A stretch of DNA of 64,000 nt from Eggerthellaceae bacterium (GCA_036553105.1 JAXKBI010000046.1:3215-67214); one strand, 5' to 3'; shown: positions 1-10,305, numbered from the stretch's first letter. Notes: generated from the letters alone by a model not told the origin. Program-made: numbers and translations.

Positions 1-699
1 GCGCGCGAACTGCATTTCGTGGGTCACGATGAGCATCGTCTTGCCTTCCTGGGCAAGACCCAAAATAACATCAAGCACCTCGCGGACCATTTCGGGGTCG
101 AGCGCCGCGGTAACTTCGTCAAGCAGTAGGACCTCCGGCTCCATGGCGAGGGCGCGTGCGATAGCGACACGTTGTTTCTGACCACCGGAAAGTTGGCGCG
201 GATAGCTAGATTCCTTGTCAGACAAGCCGACGCGCTTCAACAGTGCGCGAGCAGCTTCCTGGGCTTCCTGCTTCGACTTGCCGCTTGCCTTCATGGGGGC
301 AAGCGTGATGTTGTCCAGCACGGTAAGGTGAGGGAACAGGTCGTAGCTCTGGAACACCATGCCCACTTTTTGACGCAGCTTCATGATGTCCTTTTCGCTG
401 CCGCCGATTTCTTTTCCATCGAGTTTGATGGAGCCGCCTTGTATGGGCTCAAGGGCGTTGACGCAGCGCAGGAACGTCGACTTGCCGCAACCCGAAGGAC
501 CAACGATGACGATGACTTCGCCACGCTTCACTTCGAGACTGATGTCTTTCAAAACGACGTTATCGCCGTACGCTTTCTTAAGATGCTCGACGGAAAGCAG
601 GATGTCCTGGTTCGCGGATCCGGTCGAAATCGCAGACGTGGCTTCGGCCGAGGCTGCGTTGTTCGTTACGTTATTGAGCGTTTCTGCTTCGTTCATCAT
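1..699 (-). CDS. Polar amino-acid ABC transporter ATP-binding protein (GlnQ-like), 3' end runs off the window
   Basis: Not in the ORF track because it has no stop in the window. Manual translation from ATG 699 gives Walker [10 protein letters not shown], signature [15 protein letters not shown], Walker B LLLDE and the H-loop VTHEM. Confidence 0.93.
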   Translation of the reverse strand, partial: MMNEAETLNNVTNNAASAEATSAISTGSANQDILLSVEHLKKAYGDNVVLKDISLEVKRGEVIVIVGPSGCGKSTFLRCVNALEPIQGGSIKLDGKEIGGSEKDIMKLRQKVGMVFQSYDLFPHLTVLDNITLAPMKASGKSKQEAQEAARALLKRVGLSDKESSYPRQLSGGQKQRVAIARALAMEPEVLLLDEVTAALDPEMVREVLDVILGLAQEGKTMLIVTHEMQFAR

Positions 700-704
700 G
701 AGTG

Positions 705-1379
705 TTAGTTCCACTTCTTCTCAAGGTGGCTTGCCAGAATACTGAGCGGCCAGCAAACGATGAAATACAGCAGCATGATGGTGCCGTAGATGCCGAACAC
801 GGCGTTAGGCGACGTCATGCGGGTAGCTTCGATGATCTGTTGACCGACCTTCATCATCTCAACGACGCCGATCATCAGCACCAAACTGGTGGTCTTGATC
901 ATGCGGGTAATGAGGTTGACCGACGTGGGAATAAGGCGGCGAACAGCTTGCGGAATCACCACGTAGCGATACACTTGCGCCCTGGAAAGCCCCAGGGCTT
1001 CGGCGCTTTCGTATTGCTGCTTGGGAATACTGGTCAGCGCACCACGGACGAGGTCGCCCATTTCGCCGGTTCCCCAGAAGGCGAACACAATGATCGAGGC
1101 AGCTTCCGCGGAAAGGTTGACGCCCATTGCGCTGGTGGCGCCGAAGAACACGATGAACAGCAGTACCAGCTGCGGCATGATACGTACGATCTCCAGATAA
1201 ATGCGGGAGATCACCTTCGCGACCGGGTTCTTCCAGGTCATGAAGATGCCGAACAACATACCTAAAGGCAGGCTGATGGCAACGGAAATCGCACTGATCT
1301 GCACGGCGACCCAAAGCCCCTGCAAAAGGCGAAGGGCATTATTGCCCATGAATAGAACATCAAGCCCCAAAAGATCCAT
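705..1379 (-). CDS. Amino-acid ABC transporter permease
   Basis: HisM/GlnP-type membrane protein with EAA loop (ESAEALGLS). Start moved to ATG 1379 behind an AAGGAGG SD. Confidence 0.92.
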   Translation of the reverse strand: MDLLGLDVLFMGNNALRLLQGLWVAVQISAISVAISLPLGMLFGIFMTWKNPVAKVISRIYLEIVRIMPQLVLLFIVFFGATSAMGVNLSAEAASIIVFAFWGTGEMGDLVRGALTSIPKQQYESAEALGLSRAQVYRYVVIPQAVRRLIPTSVNLITRMIKTTSLVLMIGVVEMMKVGQQIIEATRMTSPNAVFGIYGTIMLLYFIVCWPLSILASHLEKKWN

Positions 1380-2019
1380 AGCGCAGCCTCCTTTCAAGGT
1401 ATGAACCCGCAAGAGATACGGGGATCAGGATTATCAGGTAGAACAGAACCAGCAGAACCAAGCATTCGGTGGTGTCGTAGTAAAGCCCCATCAGGTCTTT
1501 GGTGACGAACATGAGGTCCATCAGGCTGATAGCGCTGAAAACGCTGGTTTCCTTCAGCAGGAAGATGACGTTGGCGACGAACGACGGGACGCTGAGGGCG
1601 ACGGCCTGAGGCAGCACTACGTAGCGCATGGTCTGAATGCGGGAAAGGCCAAGGCTCAGCGCTGATTCGCGCTGGATATCATCGACGGATTCAAGGCCGC
1701 TACGGAAGGCTTCGGCCATGTAGGCGCCGCCGTGAAGAGCAAGGCCGAGCATGCCGCAGACTTCGGGCGTGATGGAGATGCCGAATCGTGGCAAGCCGAA
1801 ATAGAAGAAGAACAGCTGAATGAGCAAAGGGGTATTACGGAAAAGTTCGATATAGGCGCGGCAGAGCGGTCTGAGTATAGGTATGCGGAAATGGACGATC
1901 ATGGACACTATCAGACCAATGATGATAGAGCCAATGATCCCTATCCACCCGATGCTCAGCGTCAGGATCGCAGCCTCTTGATAGAGAGGCAGGTATTGCG
2001 CCATAGCGCTGAAATCCAA
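1360..2019 (-). CDS. Amino-acid ABC transporter permease
   Basis: YIELFRNTPLLIQLFF motif and EAA loop (ESALSLGLS). Overlaps the next permease. Confidence 0.92.
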   Translation of the reverse strand: MDFSAMAQYLPLYQEAAILTLSIGWIGIIGSIIIGLIVSMIVHFRIPILRPLCRAYIELFRNTPLLIQLFFFYFGLPRFGISITPEVCGMLGLALHGGAYMAEAFRSGLESVDDIQRESALSLGLSRIQTMRYVVLPQAVALSVPSFVANVIFLLKETSVFSAISLMDLMFVTKDLMGLYYDTTECLVLLVLFYLIILIPVSLAGSYLERRLRYGSFGA

Positions 2020-2543
2020 CGCGGTGCTTCCTTTCTTATAGCTTGTAAGCGATAACTAAATATATTACCGCGCCGTCGTCTGTTTAAGGCGCAACTTTAC
2101 TGATTAGATGGCGCTGCTGCAAAATTTTCCTATAAAGGTAATGGTGTGGGCGCCGCCGATGCTTGCTAGGAGCTGTGCGCCCCCGCCGAGCGCTGCTCTT
2201 CCCCTCGCGTTCGCTTGATCCGCGCGTGCATGAGGGAGGCGCAAAACTCGTCGCCCAGGGTGCACGAATCTGCAACGCGATTCGCCTTCGACTGATATTC
2301 GTTTGAACATGCGCGCTCGTGTTGTGGGGCGGGCTGAACATTTTTGTGCGGTGTGCTGGGTTTTCGCGTGAAGTAACCAAGTGCTTTTGCCGTTGAGTGA
2401 CGCGGACTTGAAAGTAACCGTCTAAAATGAAAACGTTAGATTCACGTGAAAGTGGTCAAGAACCTGCTCAATTCAGGTACGATACACTGATTTGAACGTG
2501 AACGCTGTATTCGACGATGCGCGTGAAAAAGAAAGGAGGCGTC

Positions 2544-3791
2544 GTGATAACCACCAGTTGTGATGAGAATTCGACGCGTCCTTTGATCATCGTAGCTCAT
2601 GCCTCTGTCGGGTCGGGGCATCGCAGTGCCGCGCAGGCGGTATCGCAAGCCCTGGAAGACCTGCGGGGGAAGCATCCAGCGCTTCCCGATGATGTAGAGA
2701 TCGCAGTGCTCGATATTCTTGACTATGGCCGCGTTCGCTTCGACGGCGATAAGACCGCGAATGTGACGGTGGTCTTCAATTCGATATACGACTTCACGTG
2801 GCATCGGTTCTTGACGGGTCGCCTTCTGTGGGCAGGCGGATGGGGCTGGTCGCCCTGCATGTTCTCGCAGTTCACGAAGCTGATCGAAAAGCGCCGTCCC
2901 ATTGCCATCATCGCAACGCACATCGTTGCCGCTAATGCTGCGGTTGCAGCGCGCATGCTGGCCCCCGAACCGTTCCCTGTTGTATGCGTGCCGACGGACT
3001 ACGGCGCCGAAGGGCTGTGGCCCCACTTGGATTGTGATCTGTTCTGCGCCGCGGATGACGAAATGGTCAAAGAACTGCTGCCTCGCAAGGTGCCGAAGGA
3101 GCGCATTAAGGTGACGGGCATTCCGGTGCGTAAGGGCTTTTCGGAGCCGGTCGATCGTGTGGCGGTGCTCGATCGCTTCGGGTTGCCGCACGATAAGATC
3201 AACGTCATCGTTATGGCGGGCGCGCGTTTGTCGCAGCCCTATATGCCGTTCCGCGAGATCGTGAATAAGATCTTGCCGAAGTTGGCGGAGTTCTCACAGA
3301 TGCATTTCGCCATTCTGGCTGGCGCCGATGAAGAATACGCGGATCAGCTGCGCGGGTACTTTGATGAAAAAGGCACGAAGAACGTGAGCGTATTCAATTA
3401 CGTGGAAGATATCCCCGGTCTCATGGAGGCGAGCGATCTGATCGTTGCCAAGTCGGGCGGACTGGCGACCACGGAATGTTTGTGCGCGCGATTGCCGCTC
3501 ATTTTGGTGGGGCGCTCGTATGGCCAAGAGCGCGCGAACACTTTGACGGTCACTTCTGCGGGGGCTGCGGTTAAGGCCGAAACGCCCGAGGAGCTTATCA
3601 AAGAACTGCAGCAGATCCATGAAGATCCCGACCGGCTGAACACCATGCTCAGCGGTGGCGAAGCGTTGCGTCGTCCTCATGCGGCCCATGATGCTGCAAT
3701 GGCTACACTCGATCTGGTGGGTAAAGTGGGCCCATCCAAGCGGCACTTTTTGAAAGTGTACTGGGGGAAGAAGCCCCACCGAGTACGCTAA
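2544..3791 (+). CDS. GT28/MGDG-synthase family glycosyltransferase (UgtP-like diacylglycerol glycosyltransferase)
   Basis: Motifs HASVGSGH, ATH, PTDY, TGIPVR, KSGGL and GQERAN. GTG start at 2544 behind AAGGAGG. Confidence 0.85.
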   Translation: MITTSCDENSTRPLIIVAHASVGSGHRSAAQAVSQALEDLRGKHPALPDDVEIAVLDILDYGRVRFDGDKTANVTVVFNSIYDFTWHRFLTGRLLWAGGWGWSPCMFSQFTKLIEKRRPIAIIATHIVAANAAVAARMLAPEPFPVVCVPTDYGAEGLWPHLDCDLFCAADDEMVKELLPRKVPKERIKVTGIPVRKGFSEPVDRVAVLDRFGLPHDKINVIVMAGARLSQPYMPFREIVNKILPKLAEFSQMHFAILAGADEEYADQLRGYFDEKGTKNVSVFNYVEDIPGLMEASDLIVAKSGGLATTECLCARLPLILVGRSYGQERANTLTVTSAGAAVKAETPEELIKELQQIHEDPDRLNTMLSGGEALRRPHAAHDAAMATLDLVGKVGPSKRHFLKVYWGKKPHRVR

Positions 3792-3936
3792 CCCGAATCG
3801 GCATCGGGCGAATCCGCATGCGTTAGTGCGCACGAGTTAGCGTCAATTCAGCGCGAACCTGCGCCCGTCACACGAACCAGCTTTGAGCGAGCTCGCAGGC
3901 GCAAGCACGAACCAGCCCAGCGCGAAGCCACGCACG

Positions 3937-6537
3937 TCAGCCCCGCGGCGCGAACCCACATACGCTGGTGTTGCTGCTGAGATCGTGCCACAAAGTGAGG
4001 GGTTTGCTGTCGCTTTCGAATACGCGCACGATCGGGGTTCCACCGAATAACGCGTGGGCCGATTCGGGCAAAATGTTCTGCGTTCGCTCATTCAGCTGAT
4101 TAACGAAGGTGGGATCGTAGTAGCCCTGATCGGGGTCTTCCAAGAGCGCCCCGTAGTAAATGTCGGCTTCGACCAGATCTTGGAACAGGTGGCTTCCGTA
4201 GGAAAGCTCGGGCGAATAACCTGCCTCCGAAGATGCCACTTCGCATACTCCCATAAAACTGCACATGTCAGCGAACGAAACGGGCACGCCTAGTTCGGGA
4301 GAAGACGTTCCGATGCGCCCGGGTACCAGCAGCAGGCAGTTCTTGCCGGTGGCGCGATAGTAGTTGTTGACCTGGCCAATGAGGCGCGCCACGGTGGGCT
4401 TTTGCGCGTGTGGGCAGCGGTAATACTGCAGTGGGTCGACCACTACGAGCGCGTCAATATGGGTAACGCGCGACTTTCCCATGGCGCAATTCACGATGCT
4501 GAAGAGCGTGTTTTTGCGAGGAAGGTCGGGTAGGGCGATCTTCTTTCCCGACTGAAGCAGATGCAGCGGGCGGCATTGCAGCAGGTTCACCACGAATTGG
4601 TCGTCTTTCCCGACGTTGATGGTGTATTCGATGTCAACCGGGTGCTGATAGCAGTTTTCGAGTGTGGAAAGCATGGTCTTCATGAGGGCGGTGAATTCGC
4701 GATTCTCGGCTAGCCCTTGGCACGATGCGAATAGAACGGGGCGGTAGTGCCCGCGTTCGCGCAGACGTCCTTCGGCTTCGCGATCATGCTCGAACACGGC
4801 CTGCTGGGCGAAGCGCGGGAACACTTCTGCCAAGTCGAGCACGTTGCATTCGGTTACCGTGCGCTTTTTCAGGTCCAGAACATCGGCGTTGTGCTGGGAG
4901 TAACGATGCTTGCTCGCCCAGGTCTGGTTGGTCCGAGCGAGCGGCTTGTCTAGGCTCACGATACGCGGATAGTCCGACTGGGTTCGGTCGACCGCCTTCG
5001 TTCCAAGCCCCGCGACTAAGCGCAGCATTCCCGCTCCGGGGTCAAGAGATTCCGACCAGCGATACGTGCTGTGGGAATAACCCACCCCCGCGGCCGTGGG
5101 CATGAACAGGTGGCCGCCATAGTGCGATCCGCTCACGCGCATTACAAGGAGCGCCATCTGCTCTTCTTTGCGATCGAGACCGTTGCGGCGGCGGTATTCG
5201 AGCGCGGAAGGATTCATGGTGGAAGCGTACACGCGGCGCACGGCGGCTTCGAAGGCATCGAGCCGCTCTTCGAGCGATCCGATGTTCGCACAGAACACGG
5301 ATTCGTACTTGCCGGCAAAAGCGTTGCCAAAGCCGTCTTCCAGGAAGCTACTCGAGCGGACGATGATGGGTGATTGGCCGTAGTAGTCCAGAATGCGCAT
5401 GAAGTGGTCGCGGATGTCGTCGGGGAATTCTCCGTTCATCAGGCCTTCGGCGAGCGCGGGCGCTTCTGTTATGAAGCCCTCTTCGCTGCGCTGCGCGATG
5501 CGGGTGGTCCACAGGTCGTTCGCTACGAGATATGAGTAGAAAACGTCCGACCCCAGGTAGAACGAATCGTGCGGTTCAAGGTGCCGATAGACGTCAGGGG
5601 CCTGCAGCTGGATCATCTTGCGGGCGAGCAGCATGCCGCAGGCTTTGCCGCCAATGAGGCCCGTCCCTATCATGTGGTTGCGGATCTCGAAATAGTCGGT
5701 AGGAGTGAAGTGGCGCCTGACCATTTCGCGCATCTTCTGGTCCTTGGTGATCATCATGTTGCACATCTTCGTGCAGGTGGCATCGGTGAGGGTGCCCTGT
5801 TGGTTATCGAACTGAGCCGCGGCGAAAAAGCGGTCCCAGCTGTCGGTGTTGCGGTCAGGTGCCGCTTCGGCTTCGGCGTTGGCCAGCGCGTAGAACGTGC
5901 TGGCTTCCATGCCGTCGGTCAGGGCCGATATTTGCTCAGTTTCCAAGGAGTAGCGGTGCGCCAAGAACATGGTCTCGCTGTAGCGGTTCCACACTTTGAG
6001 CGGATGGATGTACAGGTCGTTCTCGGAGCCGGTGTATACGTCAATCAGGACCTGGGTGGTGTCGCGGATCTTGGCGATGGTTTGGAACGAATGGCCGCCG
6101 CGAATGATAGGGAAGTAGGCGACGGTGTCCAGCTCGAACAAGTAAGGGCAGGTGACGCGGAAGAAATTGCCCATCATGAGGTCCGCCGACCAGGCCGCCT
6201 GAAGTTCGCTCAAGCAGTCGAATACGTAGCAGGCGTCCCGTCCGGTGCGGGTGATTATTTCGCGCACTTCGATGGTGAACGCTTCGAAGCCCTTGTGGGG
6301 ATTCAGCTCGTGGATGGTGATTCCCGGTTGCGGCTCGACCAGTGGTTCGTGCGATGCGAAGCGGACATAGATGAGCGGGCGGTTGTCGCGAACGCACTGG
6401 GAGACGAATGCATCGACGAAGGTGCGGAAGTTGGAGAGCGATGACAGCTGCCACACGACGTTGTCGCCTAGTCGTATGTTGTCGAAGATGGTGTCGAGTC
6501 CATCGATGCCGCAAGAAATTCGTTCGAATGCTGCCAT
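3937..6537 (-). CDS. PEP/pyruvate-binding (PEP synthase/PPDK N-terminal-like) domain protein with a degenerate KaiC/RecA-like N-terminal region
   Basis: IGGKA, IVRSSSFLED...AFAGKYES and DIEY...LLQCRP motifs of the PPDK nucleotide-binding domain. The N-terminus ISCGIDGLDTIF resembles the start of KaiC/RecA-fold proteins. Confidence 0.82.
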   Translation of the reverse strand: MAAFERISCGIDGLDTIFDNIRLGDNVVWQLSSLSNFRTFVDAFVSQCVRDNRPLIYVRFASHEPLVEPQPGITIHELNPHKGFEAFTIEVREIITRTGRDACYVFDCLSELQAAWSADLMMGNFFRVTCPYLFELDTVAYFPIIRGGHSFQTIAKIRDTTQVLIDVYTGSENDLYIHPLKVWNRYSETMFLAHRYSLETEQISALTDGMEASTFYALANAEAEAAPDRNTDSWDRFFAAAQFDNQQGTLTDATCTKMCNMMITKDQKMREMVRRHFTPTDYFEIRNHMIGTGLIGGKACGMLLARKMIQLQAPDVYRHLEPHDSFYLGSDVFYSYLVANDLWTTRIAQRSEEGFITEAPALAEGLMNGEFPDDIRDHFMRILDYYGQSPIIVRSSSFLEDGFGNAFAGKYESVFCANIGSLEERLDAFEAAVRRVYASTMNPSALEYRRRNGLDRKEEQMALLVMRVSGSHYGGHLFMPTAAGVGYSHSTYRWSESLDPGAGMLRLVAGLGTKAVDRTQSDYPRIVSLDKPLARTNQTWASKHRYSQHNADVLDLKKRTVTECNVLDLAEVFPRFAQQAVFEHDREAEGRLRERGHYRPVLFASCQGLAENREFTALMKTMLSTLENCYQHPVDIEYTINVGKDDQFVVNLLQCRPLHLLQSGKKIALPDLPRKNTLFSIVNCAMGKSRVTHIDALVVVDPLQYYRCPHAQKPTVARLIGQVNNYYRATGKNCLLLVPGRIGTSSPELGVPVSFADMCSFMGVCEVASSEAGYSPELSYGSHLFQDLVEADIYYGALLEDPDQGYYDPTFVNQLNERTQNILPESAHALFGGTPIVRVFESDSKPLTLWHDLSSNTSVCGFAPRG

Positions 6538-6593
6538 GGGATTTCCTTTTCGCGGGGGCAGTGCATATGTGCTGTTTAGGCTAAGAGCTGTGT

Positions 6594-6620
6594 GTTTCGT
6601 ATACGTAACGTCTGTGTTAA
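6594..6620 (-). promoter_or_regulatory. Three 11-bp-phased boxes (GlnR/OmpR-type direct repeats)
   Basis: The minus strand reads TTAAC-n6-GTTAC-n6-GAAAC, about 57 bp upstream of the 6537 start. It resembles the actinobacterial GlnR box gTnAc-n6-GaAAc. Confidence 0.45.
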
Positions 6621-6909
6621 GGCTGTGAACAGGTCGAATGATTCGGCTGGTGGAGGGTGTGTGGGTGGTGCGGGTGGGTGGGCCGACGCTGCGGCGGGCG
6701 GGTCAGCGCGTCAGCGGTCGGGCGAACGGGTTGGCGACGCGCGGGCGGCGGCACGTACGCTAGCCGCCCACTCGCGCGTTGGCCTGCCGATCCGCGCCCG
6801 TCCGTTAGCCAGCCCGCGGATCGGTGCGAAAAAAGACCTCGAACCATCCTTGCGTAAATATTCGTTCTTAGATATACTTCTTGGGCGCTTATTCGCAAGC
6901 GTCACGAGC

Positions 6910-6985
6910 GCCAACGTGGCTCAGTTGGTAGAGCAACGCACTCGTAATGCGTAGGTCGCCGGTTCGAGTCCGGCCGTTGGCTCCA
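6910..6985 (+). tRNA. tRNA-Thr (anticodon CGT)
   Basis: 76-nt cloverleaf: acceptor GCCAACG/CGTTGGC, D arm GCTCAGTTGGTAGAGC, anticodon arm ACGCA-CTCGTAA-TGCGT, T loop GGTTCGAGTCC, encoded CCA. Confidence 0.98.
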
Positions 6986-6994
6986 TGAAAATCG

Positions 6995-7030
6995 CAGGCC
7001 AGACAAGGTTTCTTGTCTGGCCTGTTTTTC
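6995..7030 (+). terminator. Intrinsic terminator after tRNA-Thr
   Basis: 13-bp stem CAGGCCAGACAAG-gttt-CTTGTCTGGCCTG followed by a T-run. Confidence 0.85.
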
Positions 7031-7131
7031 TTTTTCAGCTGCGAAAAAGCTAATGTATTGAAAACGCCCGACATTTAGTCCGACTGTTTGTTTTGTATTT
7101 ATGGCTAGGGTTTTCTTTTAGCCATATTGTC

Positions 7132-7140
7132 GGGGGGGGG
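7132..7140 (+). repeat. G9 homopolymer in the putative promoter spacer of the R-M gene
   Basis: TTGTC(G9)TATCCGG-TAAACT. The tract lies between a -35-like TTGTCG and a -10-like TAAACT. Confidence 0.6.
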
Positions 7141-7189
7141 TATCCGGTAAACTAAAAAAGTTTGTTCACCAACTTTTTAGGCGGCTTTG

Positions 7190-10039
7190 ATGAACCCAGC
7201 GCAACAGAAAGCGAACGCAAAGAAATTCGTCGAACGATGGCTCAATGAGCCAGGCAACGAAGAAGAGCAGTCGCGCTCTTTCTGGATTCAGCTTCTGGAA
7301 GAAGTTCTTGGTATCCCGAACGCTACTCATGTTCTGCAATTCGAGCGTAAAGTAAAAGGCCGCAAGATAGATGTGTTCTATGAGGATATGGGTATCCTGA
7401 TAGAACAAAAGGGCAGGCCAGGCACGGGGGGGGGCTGCCTCCTCGATGATGCTTCGATAAGAAGCAAAAAAGTCGGTCCGGAAACGCCCTACCAGCAGGC
7501 GCGTTGGTATGCAGAGAACCTTCCTTATTCGATCCGTCCTCGGTGGATCATCACCTGTAATTTTGACGAAATCAGAATCTACGATCAGGACAAGGAAGAC
7601 CCTGATCAATTCGAAAGCATTCTTTTAGAGAATTTGGCCGATGAGACGTATCGGCTTTCCTTCTTTACGGACAAGAAGCATTCCCGCATTGAACAAGAGA
7701 AGCAGCTGTCCGTTCAAGCGGGCGAAATCGTAGGAAAGCTGCATGCTCAGCTTTCCGCTCAGTATAAGGACATCGAAGCAGACAAGCGTGAGCAGTATTC
7801 GCTCAACGTGCTCGTTGTTCGCTTGGTGTTTTTGCTGTATGCAGAAGATGCCGGATTGCTGCAACATAAAGACGCTTTCTTGAACTACATGAAACAGTTT
7901 GAGTCGTCGCAGATGCGTACTGTGCTCACTGAACTGTTCGAAGTTTTGGACACTCCAGTAGAGCAGCGCGATCCGTACTTGTCGGAAGACTTGTTGGCAT
8001 TTCCGTATATAAACGGCGGCTTGTATTCAAAAGATGCTGATATTATCATTCCCCAGTTTACCGACCAGATAAGGCTCGATCTTCTCTTGGAAGCGTCCCA
8101 AAAGTTCAACTGGTCGAAAATCAGCCCTACTATTTTCGGTGCGGTTTTCGAGTCCACCTTGAACCCTGAAACGCGTCGCGCGGGAGGCATGCACTACACC
8201 TCGATCGAGAACATCCACAAGGTCATTGACCCGCTGTTCTTGAACGATCTGACGCAAGAGTTGGAGGACATCGAAGGGGAGAAGGTTGAGAAGAACCGCA
8301 AAGTGATGCTCCGAGCGTTCCAGCACAAGCTCGCCAGCTTGAACATTTTTGATCCTGCGTGCGGATCGGGAAATTTTTTGACCGAGAGCTATTTGTCTTT
8401 GCGTAAGCTGGAAAACCGCGTGATCGAGTCTTTGCAGGGTGACCAGGTTTCTTTTGATGTAGATGCTGCAAGTCTGATCAAGGTTTCCCTTTCGCAGTTT
8501 TACGGCATCGAGATCAATGACTTCGCGGTGTCAGTAGCTAAAACCGCACTGTGGATCGCTGAAGAGCAGATGATGGAAGCGACGCAGGAAATCGTGCTTG
8601 CGCCGTTCGGTTTCTTGCCCCTGAAATCGAATCCCAACATCCATGAAGGCAATGCTCTTCGCATGGACTGGAATGACGTGCTGCCTGCTGAAGGGTGCAG
8701 TTTCATTTGCGGGAATCCCCCATTTTTGGGCGCACGCAATCAAAACAAGGAACAAAAGGCCGAAATTGCTGACGTGTATAACGGGGCAAAGAATAGTGGG
8801 AACATCGATTATGTAGCTGGATGGTACATGAAGGCTGCGGGATACATCGAGGACCATCTTGTTCGATGTGCCTTCGTTTCTACCAATTCAATTTGCCAAG
8901 GAGAGCAGGTAGCAAATATTTGGGCACCTCTGTTTGAGCTCGGAGTTCGCATAGACTTCGCTCATGACACGTTTCGCTGGATCAACGAGGCGAACGATCA
9001 AGCTCATGTATTTTGCGTCATAGTGGGTTTTTCAAAGCTTGGAGGTTTTAAAACTCTATACCATCATGCGGGACCTGATGCAGATGAGGCAGTTCTGCAA
9101 CTGAAGACGATCAATGCTTATCTTAAAGATGCGCCTGATGTTTTTATCTGGAACCGTAGTAAGCCGCTTTGCGATGTGCCGAAAATCGGAATAGGGAATA
9201 AGCCTATCGATGGGGGAAACTATCTATTCAAAGAAGCTGATATGTGGGATTTTCTTGCAAAGGAGCCTGGGGCTAAGCCGTTTTTTCATCCATGGATTGG
9301 CTCTGATGAATTCATAAAGGGAAAACCGCGTTGGGTTTTATGGCTAGGTGAAGCAACCTCTGAACAACTAGATGCTTTGCCGGAATGTCGTAAGCGCATC
9401 GAAGCAGTACGCGAGTATCGCCTTGCTTCAAAAAGTGCACCAACGCGCAAAATAGCAGATAGACCCCAACGTTTTCATGTGGAGAATTTGCCGAATAGAA
9501 CCTCCGTCCTTATACCTGAAGTGTCTTCGGAGCGCAGACGCTACATCCCCATGGGATTTATCAGCCCCGACGCGCTCTGTAGCAACCTCGTTAAGCTTAT
9601 TCCTAACGCTACGCTTTACCATTTCGGAATACTCACATCCCAGTTCCACAACGCATGGATGAGGACGGTCGCAGGACGTCTGAAAAGCGATTATCGCTAT
9701 TCGGGTGGAGTGGTGTATAACAACTTCATCTGGCCGGGCGCGGTAGGCAACCTCAATATCCCTGTTGAAGAGGCCGTGCCTCAAGAGGTGCGTACGAAGA
9801 TAGAGCAATGTGCGCAAGGCGCCTTGGATGCGCGCGAAGCTCACCCAGGTAAAACCCTCGCAGACCTCTATGACCCAGACAAAATGCCGGCCGATTTGCT
9901 TGCTGCCCACAAAGCGCTTGATGCGGCAGTCGAAGAGGCTTACGGCGTCGATTTCGATGGCGATGAAGAAAAGATCGTGGTCCATCTGTTTAAGCTGTAC
10001 GCCCAAGCTACTGCAACGGAATCTAATTCCAAAAAGTAG
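7190..10039 (+). CDS. MmeI-like type IIL/IIG restriction-modification enzyme (fused endonuclease, N6-adenine methyltransferase and target recognition domain)
   Basis: N-terminal PD-(D/E)xK-like IDVF...IEQKG, motif I DPACGSGNFL, motif IV GNPPFLG, GMHYTS, and a C-terminal LADLYDPDKMP..L..AH..LD.AV motif typical of MmeI homologues. Confidence 0.92.
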   Translation: MNPAQQKANAKKFVERWLNEPGNEEEQSRSFWIQLLEEVLGIPNATHVLQFERKVKGRKIDVFYEDMGILIEQKGRPGTGGGCLLDDASIRSKKVGPETPYQQARWYAENLPYSIRPRWIITCNFDEIRIYDQDKEDPDQFESILLENLADETYRLSFFTDKKHSRIEQEKQLSVQAGEIVGKLHAQLSAQYKDIEADKREQYSLNVLVVRLVFLLYAEDAGLLQHKDAFLNYMKQFESSQMRTVLTELFEVLDTPVEQRDPYLSEDLLAFPYINGGLYSKDADIIIPQFTDQIRLDLLLEASQKFNWSKISPTIFGAVFESTLNPETRRAGGMHYTSIENIHKVIDPLFLNDLTQELEDIEGEKVEKNRKVMLRAFQHKLASLNIFDPACGSGNFLTESYLSLRKLENRVIESLQGDQVSFDVDAASLIKVSLSQFYGIEINDFAVSVAKTALWIAEEQMMEATQEIVLAPFGFLPLKSNPNIHEGNALRMDWNDVLPAEGCSFICGNPPFLGARNQNKEQKAEIADVYNGAKNSGNIDYVAGWYMKAAGYIEDHLVRCAFVSTNSICQGEQVANIWAPLFELGVRIDFAHDTFRWINEANDQAHVFCVIVGFSKLGGFKTLYHHAGPDADEAVLQLKTINAYLKDAPDVFIWNRSKPLCDVPKIGIGNKPIDGGNYLFKEADMWDFLAKEPGAKPFFHPWIGSDEFIKGKPRWVLWLGEATSEQLDALPECRKRIEAVREYRLASKSAPTRKIADRPQRFHVENLPNRTSVLIPEVSSERRRYIPMGFISPDALCSNLVKLIPNATLYHFGILTSQFHNAWMRTVAGRLKSDYRYSGGVVYNNFIWPGAVGNLNIPVEEAVPQEVRTKIEQCAQGALDAREAHPGKTLADLYDPDKMPADLLAAHKALDAAVEEAYGVDFDGDEEKIVVHLFKLYAQATATESNSKK
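7426..7434 (+). repeat. G9 homopolymer inside the 5' coding region of the R-M gene
   Basis: GGCAC-GGGGGGGGG-CTGC, currently in frame (…PGTGGGC…). Confidence 0.7.
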
Positions 10040-10194
10040 CAGACCAGGATAAATAATCTGGCAGCAGGGTACGGATGGCACGGTGATATCTTGCGCATTG
10101 ACCGTCTCTGGGTCAAATAAAGAGCGGCAAGCTTGCTAGAATAACCGCAGGTGCTTTGCCTTGCTCGGGCAGCTTCAAGAGATTGGAGTTGCTT

Positions 10195-10281
10195 ATGGAC
10201 GCTGAAACAATTAACGCAATGTGTCAGTTGCTTTTGGTGGTCATCGGAATAATCGGGCTATGCCTGATTCGGAAGGAGTAG
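10195..10281 (+). CDS. Putative type I toxin, 28-aa single-TM peptide MDAETINAMCQLLLVVIGIIGLCLIRKE
   Basis: Below the ORF-track cutoff. GGAG SD at 10185-10188, extended -10 TGcTAGAAT at 10134-10142, hydrophobic core with a charged C-terminus, and a convergent antisense promoter and terminator downstream. Confidence 0.72.
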   Translation: MDAETINAMCQLLLVVIGIIGLCLIRKE

Positions 10282-10305
10282 GAGCGAACGGTATTGAACA
10301 GGCGC

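Noticed and set aside
172..1265. Plus-strand ORFs here, and the many similar long antisense ORFs (e.g. 5569..6444, 18753..19748, 20473..21552, 33221..34066)
   Set aside because: Shadow frames of well-supported genes in GC-rich DNA, with no protein motifs.
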